Source: Candidatus Wolfebacteria bacterium GW2011_GWB1_47_1
Lineage (GTDB): Bacteria > Patescibacteriota > Minisyncoccia > UBA6257 > UBA9933
Length of the DNA: 64,000 nt
Direction: 5' to 3'
NCBI GenBank assembly: GCA_001029635.1
Contig: CP011209.1
Location: 80,983 to 144,982 of the forward strand
Below, in pieces: positions 60,113 to 64,000 of this stretch; position 1 is the stretch's first letter, and every line of letters starts with the position of its first letter. Position numbers and translations under genes: made by a program. The notes below the pieces were generated by a model. It was not told where the DNA came from. It worked only from the letters and a program-made list of their open reading frames with translations, and made no database searches.

Positions 60113-61132
60113 TTATTTATACAAAACCTCCATTGTGCAGTTTACCGCCCCCGCCGACGGACCATCCACAAAGTTTGACTTTAGTGTGAACACAGTCTCT
60201 GCCAAAACATTCAATATGCTCGGGGTTGTTTTGGTGGCAAACCCTCCGGCACCCCAAGGATTCTGGCAAATTTTTGCAGTTCCGTCATTGGTAAAGAGGG
60301 CGGGGTTCGTTGGACACGTATTGTACCCTTCAAAACATAGATAATGATCAGAGTCATCAGGATTTGTCGCAAGTATTAACTGTAGCTCTCCTCTTGGACA
60401 GGTATACCCGCCCGTACTTGGTACGTAAATAGGGTTTGAGTAAATAGACGATCCATCATAATATCTATTATTGACATTATACACCCCCACAGAGGTGTCG
60501 TGCCGCCATGTCGCGATATTGCCGCTTCCCCATGATGCATAGCAATATCCACCGTCGTCAGACCCCCCCGATACGCGAACGCCCGCAATAGGTCCATTGG
60601 AAGTCCATGATACGCTCTTTTCGGTAGCCCATATTTCATCCGTGCTCTGGGAAGGCTTATTCGCCGTAGCAACAGCTACCCAGTTCGTCTCGCGAGTCGC
60701 ATTGCATGGGGAGCTAATTCCCCCTCCAGACCCGTTACAAAGCCATGACCAGGTCGTCCCACTTGTAGAAACTGCGGAAGCAATCCCTGATACGCACAGT
60801 TCGTCGTTGGGAGCTGTTGCGAACAACCTGCTAGCCGCAGGACCGCAGACACCATTGACCAAATCTCCCGTAGGAATAGGGGCTGCGGCGTCCGGCCAAG
60901 CACTAAGGCAAACCCCTCCTAAACAAACTCTTCCGTTAACGGTGAGATCGGATCCGATAGTAAGGGCGCCAGTTTTTGTTTGCGATGCAGCGCCTACATT
61001 AAGAGGCGCAGGAGTATTGGATGCCGGAGGAAGTCCTAGGGGATTCGACCAATCGGCAAGAACAGAAATGACTCCAATAAGAACAGTAAGAACCACGGAG
61101 CCAATAATGGTGAATAGCTTTGTTTTGTTCAT
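60113..61132 (-). CDS. Secreted Cys-rich surface/adhesin-like protein
   Basis: Signal segment, WSNP...PP..N..APLNVG...QTKTG, CLGGVC...W, NGVCG...C..G...WSWLC module; variable C-terminal domain. Confidence 0.8.
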   Translation of the reverse strand: MNKTKLFTIIGSVVLTVLIGVISVLADWSNPLGLPPASNTPAPLNVGAASQTKTGALTIGSDLTVNGRVCLGGVCLSAWPDAAAPIPTGDLVNGVCGPAASRLFATAPNDELCVSGIASAVSTSGTTWSWLCNGSGGGISSPCNATRETNWVAVATANKPSQSTDEIWATEKSVSWTSNGPIAGVRVSGGSDDGGYCYASWGSGNIATWRHDTSVGVYNVNNRYYDGSSIYSNPIYVPSTGGYTCPRGELQLILATNPDDSDHYLCFEGYNTCPTNPALFTNDGTAKICQNPWGAGGFATKTTPSILNVLAETVFTLKSNFVDGPSAGAVNCTMEVLYK

Positions 61133-61210
61133 AGTGAATATATATTGCATATAGTATACACCATTGACGAGTATTTTGACACAAACAAAAAATGAATTAC
61201 GTATAGCCAA

Positions 61211-62836
61211 TCAAAACGGGGTCATAATGGCATAGTTAGGAGCAAATACACGACTAGCTCGCACATCCTCAAGCGAAAGATCAGAAAGTTTTTCCCATGG
61301 TAAACCGGATAGATACTCTTTTGCAGAAGAAACAGTTTCGTTGCGATCATAATCGAACGTGCGAACACCTTCACGCTTGGTAAATACATAAAAAATATCA
61401 CCTGTAAATTGAGATCGATATATCGAATTACGCGCATGATAAACAAAGTAATCGTTAAATCCTGCCTCGGAAATACCCTTGAACAAAACTTTTAGATGTT
61501 CATGGCGGTCATACGACTTTCCGGGGATCTGCCATGGCGCGCTTTCAAGCGATCCATATTCCCAGGTAACAAACATCCCCCGCTCCGAAAGGGACCGCCG
61601 CAAAAAAGTGAAGAATTCCTGCGATCCAAGATGGATAAGCTTCTCACTTCCGTATCCAGGCAGACTCACGACAACAAGATCATATTGTTTTTTATTTTGT
61701 CGAAGAAAGGCGAATGCATCCTGCTCATAGGTTGTGAGTCGTGGCGACTCAAATCTACCTTCATTAAGCGCAAGAAAAAACGGATCGGACTTTGCGTAAT
61801 CCAAAAACTTGCCGTCAATGTCGACTTGATCGATCTGCACATTATTATAATGCAATAGATTTTTGATCGGAAGCAGGCTCCCCCCACCCAATACAAGAAC
61901 ATCCATCGTCGTCGTAGCATCAAAAAATGCCATAGGCACGTGCACAAGTGCATCATGATACTCATCAGCCCAACTTTTGCAAATATTGGTATGATTACCC
62001 AATATGACGCACGTATCAGGGACACCGCCCGAAATACGGCGATATTTTGCAACCTCCTGATAGGGAGTCGTAAAATGGGCGAGCACCTTGACTGTCCGTC
62101 GTTCAGTACTAAAAAGAGCACTTTCGCGCTCAATATTAGTTAAGAGATATATCTTAGTAAAGAAAGAATCAATCAAACGACCATTCAATATTGCAAACAG
62201 GAACAAAAGGATAAGAGCTCCTCCAAAGACGATGAGCACGGTCTTCTTCCGTAGATACGCCCACGCAAATACAATAGAAATAGCTGCATTAATCGCGCCA
62301 ACGAGCAGCACAGTCCGGATAAGGCCAAGTTCGGGATAAAACACTAGCCCAAACAGCACTGCGCCGGCAAGACTACCAAAATAATCGATACCAAGAACTT
62401 CAACGAAGAAATTCTTCCTTTCATCATCGCGCTCTGCAAGGGCGGCGAGGAAAGGAATCTGTATTCCCGCAAGGATTCCTACGACAAGTATCGGAAGGTG
62501 GGAGATCATGACGACTAGCCGATCATACCGCAGCATACCAAGATCGAATGCAGCGCTATTAAGCCATATGATAAAAAAGACGCCAAGCGGACCGATCAAC
62601 GCAAGGAGCGTTTCAATGGACCAAAAAGAGATTGCAAGATTTTTACGGGGAAAAAGTCTAAACAAAAAGGCACCGATTCCCAAAGAAAAAAGATAGAGTC
62701 CGATCGTCATCGCATACCGCAAAACGGTATTGCCTAGGAGGACGGAGAGAAGCTGAGAGTACAGTAATTCGTAGATGATGCTACAAAACGCGGCAAAAAA
62801 AGTAATGATAAAAATATTCAACTGCTTTCGATGCAT
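61211..62836 (-). CDS. Membrane-bound spermidine synthase-like protein (TM domain plus SAM-dependent domain)
   Basis: CSIIYELL, DYFGSLAG, TPYQEV, YHDALVHVPM, VLVLGGG, VDID, QDAF. Confidence 0.85.
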   Translation of the reverse strand: MHRKQLNIFIITFFAAFCSIIYELLYSQLLSVLLGNTVLRYAMTIGLYLFSLGIGAFLFRLFPRKNLAISFWSIETLLALIGPLGVFFIIWLNSAAFDLGMLRYDRLVVMISHLPILVVGILAGIQIPFLAALAERDDERKNFFVEVLGIDYFGSLAGAVLFGLVFYPELGLIRTVLLVGAINAAISIVFAWAYLRKKTVLIVFGGALILLFLFAILNGRLIDSFFTKIYLLTNIERESALFSTERRTVKVLAHFTTPYQEVAKYRRISGGVPDTCVILGNHTNICKSWADEYHDALVHVPMAFFDATTTMDVLVLGGGSLLPIKNLLHYNNVQIDQVDIDGKFLDYAKSDPFFLALNEGRFESPRLTTYEQDAFAFLRQNKKQYDLVVVSLPGYGSEKLIHLGSQEFFTFLRRSLSERGMFVTWEYGSLESAPWQIPGKSYDRHEHLKVLFKGISEAGFNDYFVYHARNSIYRSQFTGDIFYVFTKREGVRTFDYDRNETVSSAKEYLSGLPWEKLSDLSLEDVRASRVFAPNYAIMTPF

Positions 62837-62903
62837 ATACAGACAACTATAACAGAGAACCACGGGTGTGTAAAAAAACAAGCCCAATAAGGCTTGTTTT
62901 GCG

Positions 62904-63404
62904 TCATGGATTAATATGAATCGACAGTGAGCTCGCAACAGATTTATCGAATGCGATACTGTCTCCAGGCGTCTCGTAAGAGACCAGGTAGATCTCGTCC
63001 AAAGATCCTATTGAGAAAGCTTCAAATGGAACTTCTATAACATCAGGAGCCTTTCCTTCCTCTCCCGAAGGGACGACTTTGTAGATCTTTGTTGTCTCAT
63101 CAATCGCCACTGTTACAAGATCGCCGCCTTCAGTAGAGCTGAGCTGGTACGGATTGTCATTTCCCGTAGAGATCTGTCCGCGCAAGGAAAATATTTTTTT
63201 ACCACCACGAGTGTTAATCGATTCAGACTCGGGAAGACCAATAAAACCTTTGCGATTGATTGGCTCACTGGCGATCTCATTTACTTTGCCTTCTCCATCA
63301 TTTCTAAGAAGCTTCATGTAGATGACTCCACTCATTGCAATAACGCCAACAAAGCTAAGTAGGGCAAGAACAAGAGTTATAATCTGCAGTTTTTTTGATT
63401 CCAT
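62904..63404 (-). CDS. Single-TM hypothetical protein, paralog of 59564-60097
   Basis: Same shared motifs as its paralog. Confidence 0.8.
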   Translation of the reverse strand: MESKKLQIITLVLALLSFVGVIAMSGVIYMKLLRNDGEGKVNEIASEPINRKGFIGLPESESINTRGGKKIFSLRGQISTGNDNPYQLSSTEGGDLVTVAIDETTKIYKVVPSGEEGKAPDVIEVPFEAFSIGSLDEIYLVSYETPGDSIAFDKSVASSLSIHINP

Positions 63405-63438
63405 AGTTAATGTATTAATAATGGTTGTCTTATATGAA

Positions 63439-64000
63439 TCACTCGGCATATTGAATATCAAGACTGCAGTTGATCGAGTCCCCTAGATTTCCAATGACGT
63501 GTGCGCCTTGTAGCGTAACGGTCGTCCCGGCAGGGATGGTTCCAGGACCCGTTCTCCCTGAAAATGAAAGGATTTTCGTCATCATCGCTCCTGCATCATA
63601 ATTAAGCTGGCATAATCGCGCAGTTCCATCATTAGAAAAGAACGGGGTTGCGGTCGGACAGGTGTTGTAGGTAGTGGGGGCATACACAACGCTCGCACTC
63701 GCACCGGTACCCGTAGTCACAAGACTTGCGTCTTTACCCGTGCCTGTCGTTAATGGAGTAGCATCTTTAGCGCTAATACTTGCACGCCCATCATAATAAA
63801 GATTATTAACGCTATAGACGCCAATTGTTCCGTCATGTCGCGTTGTTGCCAAATGTCCAGTACCCCAATACACATAGCAATACCCCCCATCATCCGAGAA
63901 TCCACGTACGCGAATATCATCGATCGCGTACTTCGTAGTAAACGATGTCTTTTGCGTAATGCCCCAGGTATCGTCAGAATCATTTTGGACATAGTTAATG
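63439..64000 (-). CDS. 3' part of a paralog of 60113-61132 (5' end beyond the right edge)
   Basis: Frame open to the edge; SDDGGYCY, RHD..GVY.VNN.YYDG, YNTCPT...NDGTA..CQ shared with 60113-61132. Confidence 0.8.
   Translation of the reverse strand, partial: INYVQNDSDDTWGITQKTSFTTKYAIDDIRVRGFSDDGGYCYVYWGTGHLATTRHDGTIGVYSVNNLYYDGRASISAKDATPLTTGTGKDASLVTTGTGASASVVYAPTTYNTCPTATPFFSNDGTARLCQLNYDAGAMMTKILSFSGRTGPGTIPAGTTVTLQGAHVIGNLGDSINCSLDIQYAE

Overview
Bacterial chromosomal window, standard genetic code. Gene content (large secreted S-layer-like and lamin-tail proteins, cupin PGI, RpiB, D-LDH, split transketolase, many apparently leaderless genes) suggests Patescibacteria/CPR; this is an inference. 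The left ~15 kb is a minus-strand surface-glycan locus: O-antigen ligase-like gene plus CDP-3,6-dideoxy/branched-sugar enzymes, including a TPP enzyme and two radical SAM proteins. It is followed by a Fic islet bounded by a duplicated trmH 3' end, a RAYT-like HUH transposase with its palindromes, an S-layer-like gene with structured flanks, a wHTH gene sitting in a dense TGCCGAA site cluster, housekeeping genes and two tRNA-Leu genes. The most striking element is at 37272-40361: a short tyrosine recombinase lacking the IntI-specific insertion, divergent from an integron-like array. In it an identical 175-bp ORF-less unit strictly alternates with gene-bearing units. Each complete unit has a GTT-start/AAC inverse-core match and long inverted repeats, and one cargo gene with its promoter and terminator lies inside the loop of the attC-like hairpin. 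All calls are by eye; no searches or folding programs were run.
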